Of a stretch of DNA of 48,683 nt, positions 6,728 through 15,240 are shown one piece after another (the stretch's first letter is position 1; the number at the start of each line of letters is the position of its first letter). This stretch comes from Chitinophagales bacterium (lineage in GTDB: Bacteria > Bacteroidota > Bacteroidia > Chitinophagales > UBA2359): positions 1-48,683 of the forward strand of contig JAHDIA010000001.1 in NCBI GenBank assembly GCA_020631035.1, read 5' to 3'. Position numbers and translations under genes: made by a program. The notes under the pieces were generated by a model, which saw nothing but the letters and a program-made list of their open reading frames with translations, had not been told where the DNA came from and did no database searches.

Positions 6728-7612
6728 ATGAGTATTGTAAAATATATCAAAAATATGCAGGTAGAATGGATGTTCGAACAAGGCATGTGCTTTGAAGAAT
6801 ATTGTATCTGCTACGCAATAGCGGTCGCACAAGAGAAGAATAGTGATGGCATTGCAAGCATAAAAATGTCAGTTTTCCAACAGGCAATTAAGAAAACAGA
6901 CAAGCCAACAACAGCTTACATCAACCGACTTATTAAGCTTGAGATGATTGAAAAGCTAGGAAGAGGAAAGTACATTACAACCGATAACTGGCAATCTCAA
7001 TACAAATCAAAACACGGAGAAACTCCGAATAAAACACGGAGAAAGTCCGAGTTAGAGCAGGGGCAAAACACGGAGAAACTCCGAATAAAACACGGAGAAA
7101 CTCCGAATCAAATACGGAGAAAGTCCGAATCAAATACGGAGAAACTCCGAGTTCCTATATATAAGGAAGTAAATAAGATTGTTAAAGAAGATTCTATAAC
7201 TGAGATTGTTAAAGAAGATGATATTTTCTCTCGCACATCAAAAAGTTTTGAAAATCGAAAAATCCTAAACAAGCATCTTGAGGGATTGCTTAACGACCTA
7301 AAACTCGATGAGGAATATTGCATCCGTAAAGCCCGATTTTATCAAGTAAAACTTAACCAAGTGCATTTATACCTTGAAAGATTCGGGGATGCAATGTACG
7401 GAGGGCAGGACTGGCAGAACCGCAGCGACCTGCTTAACCACATCCAAAACTGGATGGGACACCAAATTTCAAGAGATCAAAAAAACTTAAGACAAAATGA
7501 GCAACCTAACAGCACACCAAAACCAGCAAGTGGCAACGAGCAACAAAAGCAACTCATTGGTAGAATCCCAATCTCCCAAGCCCAAGCTTGGGTTGCAGGA
7601 GCGAGTGGATGA
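6728..7612 (+). CDS. replication initiator/organizer-like protein (winged-helix N-terminus) with internal iteron array
   Basis: N-terminal wHTH-like ...TTAYINRLIKLEMIEKLGRGKYITT. The central peptide repeats KHGETPNKTRRKSE arise from DNA iterons. The position resembles lambda O / ori. Confidence 0.5.
   Translation: MSIVKYIKNMQVEWMFEQGMCFEEYCICYAIAVAQEKNSDGIASIKMSVFQQAIKKTDKPTTAYINRLIKLEMIEKLGRGKYITTDNWQSQYKSKHGETPNKTRRKSELEQGQNTEKLRIKHGETPNQIRRKSESNTEKLRVPIYKEVNKIVKEDSITEIVKEDDIFSRTSKSFENRKILNKHLEGLLNDLKLDEEYCIRKARFYQVKLNQVHLYLERFGDAMYGGQDWQNRSDLLNHIQNWMGHQISRDQKNLRQNEQPNSTPKPASGNEQQKQLIGRIPISQAQAWVAGASG
7011..7152 (+). repeat. six 20-bp iterons with 22-bp phasing (origin candidate)
   Basis: Copies of aaYacggagaaaStccgaRt start at 7011, 7033, 7067, 7089, 7111 and 7133. 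Each contains the small palindrome cggag-aaa-ctccg. Confidence 0.8.
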
Positions 7613-8309
7613 AGCCCGAAAGGGAACCTTTGTGGGCAACGCAAGCTCACAGCAGGTTTGTCAAATTCTTCTTGCATTGGCATCGATGGTCAGTTTGAAA
7701 AACCTCCCTGGAGAGGTTAACAGAAATTATCTGGTCGTGCAAATCAAGAAAAATTACGGCACGCTAACTCTTGCGGAGCTAGAACTTGCCTTCTCTATTG
7801 GAGTAAGCAGGAAGCTTGAAGGTGTAGATCCAGATTCGCACTATAACGACCTTTCCTACAAGTATGTTTCGGCATTCTTAGCTGCTTATGAAAAGCTTAA
7901 GTCAAGAGTCCTAATGCAGAAATCAACTGTTCAAAAAGAAGAGTCTACATCTGACAAAGAAATCAAGAAAAGAAACCAGGAGTGTGTCCAGGCTGCTTTT
8001 GAAAAATTCTGCAAAGGAGAAAATCCAAGCATCCCATTTTTTTCAATCTACGAGGAGATAAAAACTCTATTTGCGCCCTATATGCGAAATGGGGAATTCC
8101 CAAAGGATGAAATCTGGAAAAAGGCAAATGCCCAAGTTACAGCTCTCAAGGAAAAACAACAGAGGCAGAAACAAGAGGGATGGATTAACTCCGCAGTCAC
8201 TGAAATAATCGTTCCAAAAGATGCCACAGGCATTGCCAAGGCGTTGTCCGCCGAGTGGCTTTTTCAGAAGAAAAAAGAAGAAGGAGTTATTAATCTATTC
8301 GACCAATGA
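7497..8309 (+). CDS. hypothetical replication-module protein
   Basis: 270-aa ATG ORF. It overlaps the upstream gene by 116 nt. An alternative start at 7683 (MVSLKNLP) would remove the overlap. Confidence 0.5.
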   Translation: MSNLTAHQNQQVATSNKSNSLVESQSPKPKLGLQERVDEARKGTFVGNASSQQVCQILLALASMVSLKNLPGEVNRNYLVVQIKKNYGTLTLAELELAFSIGVSRKLEGVDPDSHYNDLSYKYVSAFLAAYEKLKSRVLMQKSTVQKEESTSDKEIKKRNQECVQAAFEKFCKGENPSIPFFSIYEEIKTLFAPYMRNGEFPKDEIWKKANAQVTALKEKQQRQKQEGWINSAVTEIIVPKDATGIAKALSAEWLFQKKKEEGVINLFDQ

Positions 8310-8551
8310 CCGAAAAACAAAAAGCCATATTCCAGTACGTCAAGTTCGTAGGCATCGCCCAAACAGGTGAAATCATAACTCAGTTTGAGCACTGGTACTA
8401 TAACGGATATGGAGCCTCAAGGCACATTGGGCTAATGCTTGGCAGAATGGTCAAAGCGGGTTTTTTGAACCGAGTGAAAAGAGGTCATTACCAAATTGCA
8501 AGCTCTACAAGAGTGGTTGCAAAAAACAAAAATCAATTAAAATTATTTTGA
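8306..8551 (+). CDS. hypothetical small protein (possible winged helix)
   Basis: 81-aa ORF coupled by overlapping stop/start codons on both sides. Confidence 0.5.
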   Translation: MTEKQKAIFQYVKFVGIAQTGEIITQFEHWYYNGYGASRHIGLMLGRMVKAGFLNRVKRGHYQIASSTRVVAKNKNQLKLF

Positions 8552-8793
8552 TGAAAGAATGCAAAATATGCAAACTAAAAGAGGAAGGAAAATCAATCCT
8601 GTGCCATCATTGCAAAGTCAATGATGCAGAGGTGAACGCCAAGGATGGTATTTTTTGCTTGCAATGTTATACTAGAAATAGACAATCAGAAATGCAAGAT
8701 GCTGCAATTTCCCTTCTTTTTAAGAAAATTGAAAAATTAGAAAAAATGGGCAGTATGGATCAATGCCCATTTGAAACAAATTGTAAATATTAA
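8548..8793 (+). CDS. zinc-ribbon-like small protein
   Basis: Cys pairs CKIC...CHHC...CLQC. Confidence 0.5.
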   Translation: MMKECKICKLKEEGKSILCHHCKVNDAEVNAKDGIFCLQCYTRNRQSEMQDAAISLLFKKIEKLEKMGSMDQCPFETNCKY

Positions 8794-8804
8794 ATTAAAA
8801 AATC

Positions 8805-8987
8805 ATGTCAGGTAAAGTAGCAAAAAGATATTTTTTAGGTGATTACTTAAATACCTATGAAAATCCAAGAAACCAAAAATTGGGGGCAGATTATCGCAAT
8901 AAATATAGAAAGTTGAAAAAAGCATACAGACCATGTGAGATTGATGAAATCGAAGATGCTGATTGGAATCCATTAAATAAAATTTAG
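8805..8987 (+). CDS. hypothetical small basic protein
   Basis: 60-aa ATG ORF in the same-strand gene train. Confidence 0.4.
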   Translation: MSGKVAKRYFLGDYLNTYENPRNQKLGADYRNKYRKLKKAYRPCEIDEIEDADWNPLNKI

Positions 8988-8990
8988 ACC

Positions 8991-9545
8991 ATGATTGATT
9001 CTTTCCACATAAAAGAAGGGCAATTTGAATCAAAAATTGACTTACTCCAGTCAATTATTGATGCCCTAAAAGAAGGCAAAAAAATTGTAGTGGTTCAGTC
9101 TTGGAGCGATGATGACTTTGAGCCATTTTGTGAGATATACTTTGAAAAGTATGCTCCTGAAATAGAGATTTTAATTGTGCGAGACAGTGGCTATCCAGAT
9201 GACTGGCTTGTCACTCGCAAAGTTCAATCTCCAAATTTAGAAGAAGAAGCTCGGAAAAAATCACTGTTGCCTCACATTATCAAAGATGACCTATTCACCG
9301 AGAGGGTAATCGAAACAATAATTTGTACCGAAATTTCTGGCGGAACAGACTACATTGAAAATATGCCTCGAAAGCTCACCTTGCAACGGAGCAGAGAAAA
9401 CCAGTCTGATATTGAGCAGGATTATTTTAGCAGAGACGCCATATTAAAATTAGTAAGTCATCTAATGGACAAAGGAATATGGGAAATCTATAGAAAAAAT
9501 CACAATTGGACAAATAAGAAAATTTTAGATTCATTCCTGAAATAA
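8991..9545 (+). CDS. hypothetical protein
   Basis: 184-aa ATG ORF with no recognised motifs. Confidence 0.55.
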   Translation: MIDSFHIKEGQFESKIDLLQSIIDALKEGKKIVVVQSWSDDDFEPFCEIYFEKYAPEIEILIVRDSGYPDDWLVTRKVQSPNLEEEARKKSLLPHIIKDDLFTERVIETIICTEISGGTDYIENMPRKLTLQRSRENQSDIEQDYFSRDAILKLVSHLMDKGIWEIYRKNHNWTNKKILDSFLK

Positions 9546-9559
9546 AAAGAAACAAACAC

Positions 9560-9613
9560 TTGATTATCAACGAATTATAATTTATCTTAGAGTTGTATTG
9601 TTAACCACAACAA
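9560..9613 (+). promoter_or_regulatory. promoter/leader cassette copy 1 (TTG-N20-TAtcTTAG-N10-TTAACCACAACAA)
   Basis: TTG 9560-9562. TAtcTTAG 9583-9590. 13-mer 9601-9613. ATG at 9624. Near-identical to the cassette at 47692-47745. Confidence 0.6.
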
Positions 9614-9623
9614 ACTTAAAAAG

Positions 9624-9992
9624 ATGATTACAATTCAAGCAAAATTTACGGGAGAAAGACAAAACCTTGAGGTGTTCAAATGCTGCGGCATAAGATACAA
9701 TTCACGCCAAAGATTTGAAGGATCAAGCACACTGATAATTGATTGGATATGCGAGCAGGAAACGGTCAACGAAGCGATTGAGGCTTGCATGGACGATTGC
9801 GATTTGAACGAAGCTGAGAAATGGGGGATTGAACTTGAGAGCTTCGGAGTATTGCCACCAAGCTTCATAGATATATTAGAATCGCAACACAAAAGCCTTG
9901 TCGAGCAAATTGAGCATGGAAGCTCGGATGAAGAGTTAATTAAGCAGCTCAAAGATGAGCTGTACCAAAAAACTGGCTGGGAGTATTTATAA
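9624..9992 (+). CDS. hypothetical protein
   Basis: 122-aa ATG ORF directly downstream of the conserved cassette. Confidence 0.55.
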   Translation: MITIQAKFTGERQNLEVFKCCGIRYNSRQRFEGSSTLIIDWICEQETVNEAIEACMDDCDLNEAEKWGIELESFGVLPPSFIDILESQHKSLVEQIEHGSSDEELIKQLKDELYQKTGWEYL

Positions 9993-10049
9993 TTTTTTTC
10001 ATTGCCAAGCGGGCTGAGGTCCGTTTGGTTTTTCAAAGACAAAATTCAA

Positions 10050-10838
10050 ATGACACACGGAAGCTTCTTTTCAGGGATACTAGGATTCGACATCGCAGCA
10101 ACTCGTGCTGGATGGCAAAATGTATTCACCTGCGAAAAAGACGACTTCCTCAGATCATTTATTAATTTTTCTTCACCCAATACTTACAATCATGGTGACA
10201 TCAAGACATTTCCTTCAGAAAAATTCGCAGGTGCAATTGACGTTATTTCAGGAGGAGACCCTTGCCAGCCACACAGTGTCAGTGGGAAGCGAAGAGGCAA
10301 GGGAGATGACCGTTACCTCTGGCCTGAAATGTTCAAAGCAATTGAGGTCATTAGACCCAGTTGGATTGTTAACGAAAATGTTATTGGAACAATCTCAAAT
10401 TTGGTACTCGACCAAAAGATTGCTGATTTGGAAAGTATCGGCTACTCCTGCCAGGCGTTTGTTATACCAGCTCTCGCCATTGATGCCGACCATCAGCGCA
10501 AGCGAGTATTCCTTATTGCCAACGCCGAAGGCAAACGATTACAAGCAGTACGTTTGCACAATGAAAACAGCAAAGAGCAGCGCAGAGCGCAAGAGCAGGA
10601 ATGGTCAATCAATAATAGAGTCGTCAATGGACTACACGATCTACGCCCTTGTCATACAGCGGAATTTGAGCAAAGGATGGATCAACCCGCTATTACAACT
10701 AGCAAGGATGGGTTACCCTATTCAGTTGATAATAGATTTCTCAAAGCAGCAGGAAACCTCGTAGCTCCTGGGTTGGCTTTTATATTTTTTTCAATAATTA
10801 ATGAAGTAGAGAAAACATGGCAAAAGTATTATCAATAA
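10050..10838 (+). CDS. DNA (cytosine-5) methyltransferase (short form); frame integrity questionable
   Basis: Frame-0 motifs: I FSGILGFD, IV GGDPCQPHS, VI ENV, VIII QRKRVFLIA, X GNLVAPGLAF. The track start at 10002 is TTG, so the ATG at 10050 was chosen. See the finding on the second open frame. Confidence 0.75.
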   Translation: MTHGSFFSGILGFDIAATRAGWQNVFTCEKDDFLRSFINFSSPNTYNHGDIKTFPSEKFAGAIDVISGGDPCQPHSVSGKRRGKGDDRYLWPEMFKAIEVIRPSWIVNENVIGTISNLVLDQKIADLESIGYSCQAFVIPALAIDADHQRKRVFLIANAEGKRLQAVRLHNENSKEQRRAQEQEWSINNRVVNGLHDLRPCHTAEFEQRMDQPAITTSKDGLPYSVDNRFLKAAGNLVAPGLAFIFFSIINEVEKTWQKYYQ

Positions 10839-10847
10839 GAAATCCTT

Positions 10848-10873
10848 GGGCAGTGTTTCGCCGCTGCCCTTTT
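10848..10873 (+). terminator. hairpin + T-run
   Basis: Stem gggcag (10848-10853) / ctgccc (10864-10869), followed by tttt. Confidence 0.5.
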
Positions 10874-10911
10874 AAAAATGAAACTTATTTTTTTAACTAA
10901 AACACATAATA

Positions 10912-11304
10912 ATGGACGATTTCGAAGAAAGACTAAAAAATTTCAAATTTGACATTGGGGATATTACCGAACATCGATTATCGCAGAAGTATGCTTCAGG
11001 AAATCAAAAAACTGTAGAGTTCCTCATCACTGGAAAAGCCAAGCTGATCACTCAGGCAGGTGAACAAAATATCTACAAAGTGAGAACAATTAATAATAAT
11101 GAGTATTGCTGCACTTTTGTAGATGAGATAGAAATGGAGCTTGAGCCAAATTACAAACAGCAAAAGGAGGCTAATCAAAAACCAAACCGCACTGCCAACA
11201 TCCGAGAAGAAATTGAAATACAAGGACCAGCAGGAACAGGAAAAATAGCAGTAGAATTGGAAGTTGAGGATCAAGATTATACCCCAAGAGACAAAGATTG
11301 CTGA
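10912..11304 (+). CDS. hypothetical protein
   Basis: 130-aa ATG ORF. Confidence 0.5.
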   Translation: MDDFEERLKNFKFDIGDITEHRLSQKYASGNQKTVEFLITGKAKLITQAGEQNIYKVRTINNNEYCCTFVDEIEMELEPNYKQQKEANQKPNRTANIREEIEIQGPAGTGKIAVELEVEDQDYTPRDKDC

Positions 11305-11347
11305 AATCAGCAATCTTATTTAATAACTAAATTTAAATTTTAACAGC

Positions 11348-11560
11348 ATGAAAACCTTTTTTTTATTAACAGAATTCGATTTAGAAAGCGGGAATCAGGA
11401 ATTAGTCAAAACTGATGAAGGAGTAGCATATGAGGCGAACTCTTATGAAGAAGCAATGAAGCAAGGCATAGCACTTGGTATTGTCTTCCAAGTTCAAAAA
11501 GTTAATGATTCCAGAGGTGAAGGGATTGCGCCAGAACCAGAGGAAGAGGATCAAGAGTGA
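11348..11560 (+). CDS. hypothetical acidic small protein
   Basis: 70-aa ATG ORF. Confidence 0.45.
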   Translation: MKTFFLLTEFDLESGNQELVKTDEGVAYEANSYEEAMKQGIALGIVFQVQKVNDSRGEGIAPEPEEEDQE

Positions 11561-11608
11561 ATAACTAAGTAAGTTTTTTTTTCATTTGTAATTTTGGTTG
11601 AAAAGGAG

Positions 11609-11645
11609 CCGCCAAACACAAATTATTTTGTGCTTTGGCGGTTTT
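11609..11645 (+). terminator. long hairpin + T-run
   Basis: Stem ccgccaaacacaaa / tttgtg(c)tttggcgg with one bulge, followed by tttt. Confidence 0.5.
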
Positions 11646-11692
11646 ACTATATCATTGTAAGTGATATTTTGCCTAACTAAGAAATACTAACT

Positions 11693-12934
11693 ATGACAAA
11701 GGAAACGACTGAATCAATTACATTTCGATTAGAACTCGTTGAAATCGAAAAAATCATCCCAAACCCAAAGAATAGTCGCTACATCACCGAAAAGAAAAAG
11801 GAGCGCCTATCCTACTCAATGGGAAAATACAAGCTCCACGACCGCCCAATTGTGAACGAAAAAGACAAGGATGGTAATTACCTACTCCTTGCAGGACACA
11901 AAAGGCTCGAAATTGAAAAGGAAAATGGCCATTCCCAAATCTACGTTCAAATTCCAGAGCGACCACTTACTCAGGAGGAATTTGACGAGCTTTCCCTACT
12001 TCATAACAATGCATCAGGTGAATACGACTTCGAGGAGCTTCAGACTCATTTCGACATTGATTACTTGATTGAGGTAGGAGGATTTGAGATGTACCAGTTT
12101 AGTTTCCAAATTGAAGATGATGAAGCCGAGGAAGATGATTACCAAGTTCCTGAGAAAATTGAAACGGATATCAAAAAAGGAGATCTCTTTGTATTTCAAA
12201 AAGGAGATCTCACTCACAAACTACTATGCGGTGACTCCCAAGATGAAAAAGAAGTCTCCAGGCTACTGGATGGCTACACTCCCGACCTAATGGTTACCGA
12301 CCCACCCTATGGAGTGAGCTATGACCCTGAGTGGCGAAATAAGGCTGGCGTGAACAAATCCAAAGGTAGAATCGGAAAGGTCAAAAACGATGACACGCCA
12401 GAATGGACACGGGCTTATGAGCTTTCTAATGCGCCTGTTGCTTATATCTGGCATGCTGGCAAATACACAAGCACCGTCCTTGAAAACCTCAAGTCTGTAG
12501 GCTACCTCCCCATTTCCCAAATTATCTGGAAAAAAGACCAGTTTGTTCTCTCTCGTGGCGACTACCATTGGCAGCACGAGCCGTGTTGGTATGTTCACAA
12601 GAAAGGCAAAAAACATAACTGGCAAGGAGCCAGAGACCAATCCACCATTTGGGAAATTGCAAAGGTCGACAGAAATGAAGATGCCTATGGGCATGGTACA
12701 CAGAAGCCAATCGAATGCATGGCTCGTCCAATCCGTAACAATTCAAAGAAAGGAGAGATTGTATATGACCCATTTTTGGGTAGTGGCACCACGATGGTCG
12801 CCGCCCATCAGATGCAGCGCAACTGCTATGGAATTGATCTGGACGAAAAATGGTGCCAAGTCATCGTTGACAGAATGATAGCACTTGATCCCGAAATTAA
12901 GGTTTTCAGAAACATGAAACCATACAAAAAATAA
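11693..12934 (+). CDS. ParB-like nuclease domain fused to an N6-adenine/N4-cytosine DNA methyltransferase
   Basis: N-terminal ParB-N-like IEKIIPNPKNSRY...LLAGHKRLE. Motif IV TDPPYGV precedes motif I DPFLGSGTTMVAA (beta-class order). Confidence 0.85.
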   Translation: MTKETTESITFRLELVEIEKIIPNPKNSRYITEKKKERLSYSMGKYKLHDRPIVNEKDKDGNYLLLAGHKRLEIEKENGHSQIYVQIPERPLTQEEFDELSLLHNNASGEYDFEELQTHFDIDYLIEVGGFEMYQFSFQIEDDEAEEDDYQVPEKIETDIKKGDLFVFQKGDLTHKLLCGDSQDEKEVSRLLDGYTPDLMVTDPPYGVSYDPEWRNKAGVNKSKGRIGKVKNDDTPEWTRAYELSNAPVAYIWHAGKYTSTVLENLKSVGYLPISQIIWKKDQFVLSRGDYHWQHEPCWYVHKKGKKHNWQGARDQSTIWEIAKVDRNEDAYGHGTQKPIECMARPIRNNSKKGEIVYDPFLGSGTTMVAAHQMQRNCYGIDLDEKWCQVIVDRMIALDPEIKVFRNMKPYKK

Positions 12935-12949
12935 GGAGGCAAGGACATA

Positions 12950-13279
12950 GTGGCACGGACGAGCAAAATCAAAAAAGCTGATGTGCTGAAGGCGGTCAAA
13001 GGATCAAGTGGCAATGTCTCTCTAATTAGAGACAGACTTGGATTGAAGGATTGGACCTCCGCCAAAAAGCACATTGAAAAATACGCTGAGACCAAGCAAG
13101 CATTCGAGGATGAACAGCAAATCATCCTCGATCTTGCAGAGCATCAGCTCAAGAAGAAAATACAATCTGGCGAGCCTTGGGCAATCAAATACTATTTGAG
13201 TCGAAAAGGCAAGCCAAGAGGATACGGAGATGAGATGAAAGTTGTCTCCGAAAATTACGAAATCATCATTGAAGGATAA
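12950..13279 (+). CDS. TerS-like helix-turn-helix protein immediately upstream of TerL
   Basis: GTG start preceded by aaggagg. The C-terminal ...EPWAIKYYLSRKGKPRGY resembles the conserved tail of small terminase/HTH proteins. Its stop overlaps the terL start (taATG). Confidence 0.4.
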   Translation: MARTSKIKKADVLKAVKGSSGNVSLIRDRLGLKDWTSAKKHIEKYAETKQAFEDEQQIILDLAEHQLKKKIQSGEPWAIKYYLSRKGKPRGYGDEMKVVSENYEIIIEG

Positions 13280-14664
13280 TGGTCAAAACCCGAAGGAGAA
13301 AAATACGTTACAATCCCAACTACTGGGATTACCAAGAAGATGTCGCCGAAGGGCATCCTGACAAGAAGTACATCATTGTCAAAAAAGGGAGACGTGTTGG
13401 AATCACCACTGGCATGTCTAAGAGTTATATCAAAACAGGATTACAGCAAAGACCCTTGGTTGAAAAAGGACTTCTTTCGACAGTATCTCCACTCCTTTGG
13501 GTTGACACTATTCATGCAAATATCGACCGATATTTTGAGCGCATGTTTTTGCCAGTACTTAGCAAATTACCAAAAAAACTCTGGCACTGGTCTGCTCAAA
13601 AAAAGCAACTGACGCTCAATGGGACATTCATAGACTTTCGCTCTGCTGACCGTCCTGAAAATATTGAAGGCTTCGGATATAGGAAAATCTTCCTCAATGA
13701 AGCAGGAATCATCCTCAAAAATAATTACCTATACGAGAACGCAATTCTCCCAATGCTTCTGGACTATCCAGATAGCCAACTAATCGCAGCAGGAACACCA
13801 AAAGGAAAACGCCACAAAGGCGAGGACCACAAATTTTGGCAGCTTTGGAAAAAGGTAATGGCAAAATCTCCGCAATATTGGGGAATAACGCTTCCAACAT
13901 CGGTTCGGCTGCATACCAATCCAGCAATTACTCAAGCCGAGCTTGATGATATGCGTTCAAATATGAGCAGACTAGCAGCCAAGCAAGAGCTTAACGGAGA
14001 GTTTGTCGAATATGCATCAAACTTATGGGTACAATCGATGTACTCAGAAGATGTTAGAAAGAAAATCCTCACCAAAGGACTAGGGTTTGACCCAACACTT
14101 CCCATCTACCTGTCTTTTGACTTCAACAAGGCACCTGTGACTTGCCTTGCTACACAATGCCCAAAGTCAAAATTGTATTACGGCAACGCCATCAGGCACT
14201 TCAAGGAATTCAGGGAGGAGCGCATATCAATTGACAAACTATGCAGAATAATAGATAATTACTTTGCCTCTCCAATTAGAAATCCAAAAGGAATTCCACG
14301 CATCTATTACATCACAGGAGACGCCTCTGGTCACAGCAGTGATGATCCATTGCACGGAGTTTTTGTGAATCACTATCAAACCATTCAGAGAGTACTGAAA
14401 GTTGGTAGCGGCATGTTCAAAGTGCCAAAAAGAAATCCACGTCTACATGCATCAAGGCAGCAGGTAGACAACATTTTCGAGAACCATCCTGACATCCTCA
14501 TTGACGAGCAAAATTGTCCATTTCTCATAGATGACCTCCTAACCGTACAAGCAAATGAGAAGGGGGAAATTGACAAGAAAAAGGACGCTGCCAAAGCGCA
14601 TTTGATTGATTGTATTAGATACTATTACTCAACCTTTGAACCAAAATATTTGCAGCACTTATAG
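13279..14664 (+). CDS. terL: terminase large subunit
   Basis: ATPase-like VKKGRRVGITTG (Walker A-like) and KIFLNEAG (Walker B-like). Nuclease-half acidic motifs YLSFDFN, ITGDASG, AHLIDCIRYY. Confidence 0.8.
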   Translation: MVKTRRRKIRYNPNYWDYQEDVAEGHPDKKYIIVKKGRRVGITTGMSKSYIKTGLQQRPLVEKGLLSTVSPLLWVDTIHANIDRYFERMFLPVLSKLPKKLWHWSAQKKQLTLNGTFIDFRSADRPENIEGFGYRKIFLNEAGIILKNNYLYENAILPMLLDYPDSQLIAAGTPKGKRHKGEDHKFWQLWKKVMAKSPQYWGITLPTSVRLHTNPAITQAELDDMRSNMSRLAAKQELNGEFVEYASNLWVQSMYSEDVRKKILTKGLGFDPTLPIYLSFDFNKAPVTCLATQCPKSKLYYGNAIRHFKEFREERISIDKLCRIIDNYFASPIRNPKGIPRIYYITGDASGHSSDDPLHGVFVNHYQTIQRVLKVGSGMFKVPKRNPRLHASRQQVDNIFENHPDILIDEQNCPFLIDDLLTVQANEKGEIDKKKDAAKAHLIDCIRYYYSTFEPKYLQHL

Positions 14665-14702
14665 AAAAAACAGAAATTTGACCAACAAAAAAGCAAGAAT
14701 GA

Positions 14703-15197
14703 ATGAAAAAGCTCACACCAAAACAGGATAGGTTTTGTAATGAGTATCTGGTGGATCTCAATTACACTCAAGCTGCAATCCGAGCAGGATACTCAAAAAA
14801 AACCGCTGGCTCAATCGGTTCTGAAAACCTGAAAAAACCTGAAATCAAAAAAAGAATAGAGCATTTGCGAAAAGATCAGATTGAGCGCATTCAAATGACC
14901 GCTGACGATGTCCTAATGGAGCTTTTCATACTCGCCAAAGCCAATATTGGAGACTTCTTTGAGGAAGGGGAGAATGGAGAGATGGAGTTCAAGGATTTCT
15001 CAGATATAACAGAGCGTCAATGGAGTACAGTCAACCAGGTTCACGCAAAGTATGGTGAAGGCGGTGTAGTTGTGGAAATCAAACTCAAGCAATACGACAG
15101 AGTTCGAGTTATCGAGCTAATCGGCAAGCACCTTGCAATGTGGCAGAACAGACTGCAAATAGACCTCAATGACTTTGACATTGAAATTGAAGGATGA
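14703..15197 (+). CDS. terS: terminase small subunit (Terminase_2-type)
   Basis: N-terminus LTPKQDRFCNEYLVDLNYTQAAIRAGYSKKTAGSIGSENLKKPEIKKRIE matches the family signature. Confidence 0.8.
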   Translation: MKKLTPKQDRFCNEYLVDLNYTQAAIRAGYSKKTAGSIGSENLKKPEIKKRIEHLRKDQIERIQMTADDVLMELFILAKANIGDFFEEGENGEMEFKDFSDITERQWSTVNQVHAKYGEGGVVVEIKLKQYDRVRVIELIGKHLAMWQNRLQIDLNDFDIEIEG

Positions 15198-15219
15198 TCC
15201 CCTTTTATCCATACATTTT

Positions 15220-15240
15220 TTCATACTACTTTAGTATGAA
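15220..15240 (+). terminator. perfect 9-bp hairpin after terS
   Basis: Stem ttcatacta / tagtatgaa with loop ctt. No T-run. Confidence 0.35.

Noticed and set aside
9635-10042. 135-aa antisense ORF opposite 9624..9992.
   Set aside because: It almost exactly mirrors a plus-strand ORF that has the conserved promoter/leader cassette. The antisense product is Ser/Cys/Leu-rich junk-like sequence.
11589-11596. Exact TAatTTTG box upstream of the 11609-11645 hairpin.
   Set aside because: There is no TTG at the expected -33 position. The box sits upstream of a terminator-like hairpin rather than a gene start, so it is likely a chance occurrence in AT-rich spacer.
12543-12878. 111-aa alternative-frame ORF and 135-aa antisense ORF (12287..12694) within the ParB-methyltransferase gene.
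   Set aside because: The annotated frame carries the complete DPPY and FxGxG motif set. The alternative translations have no motifs and no independent expression signals.
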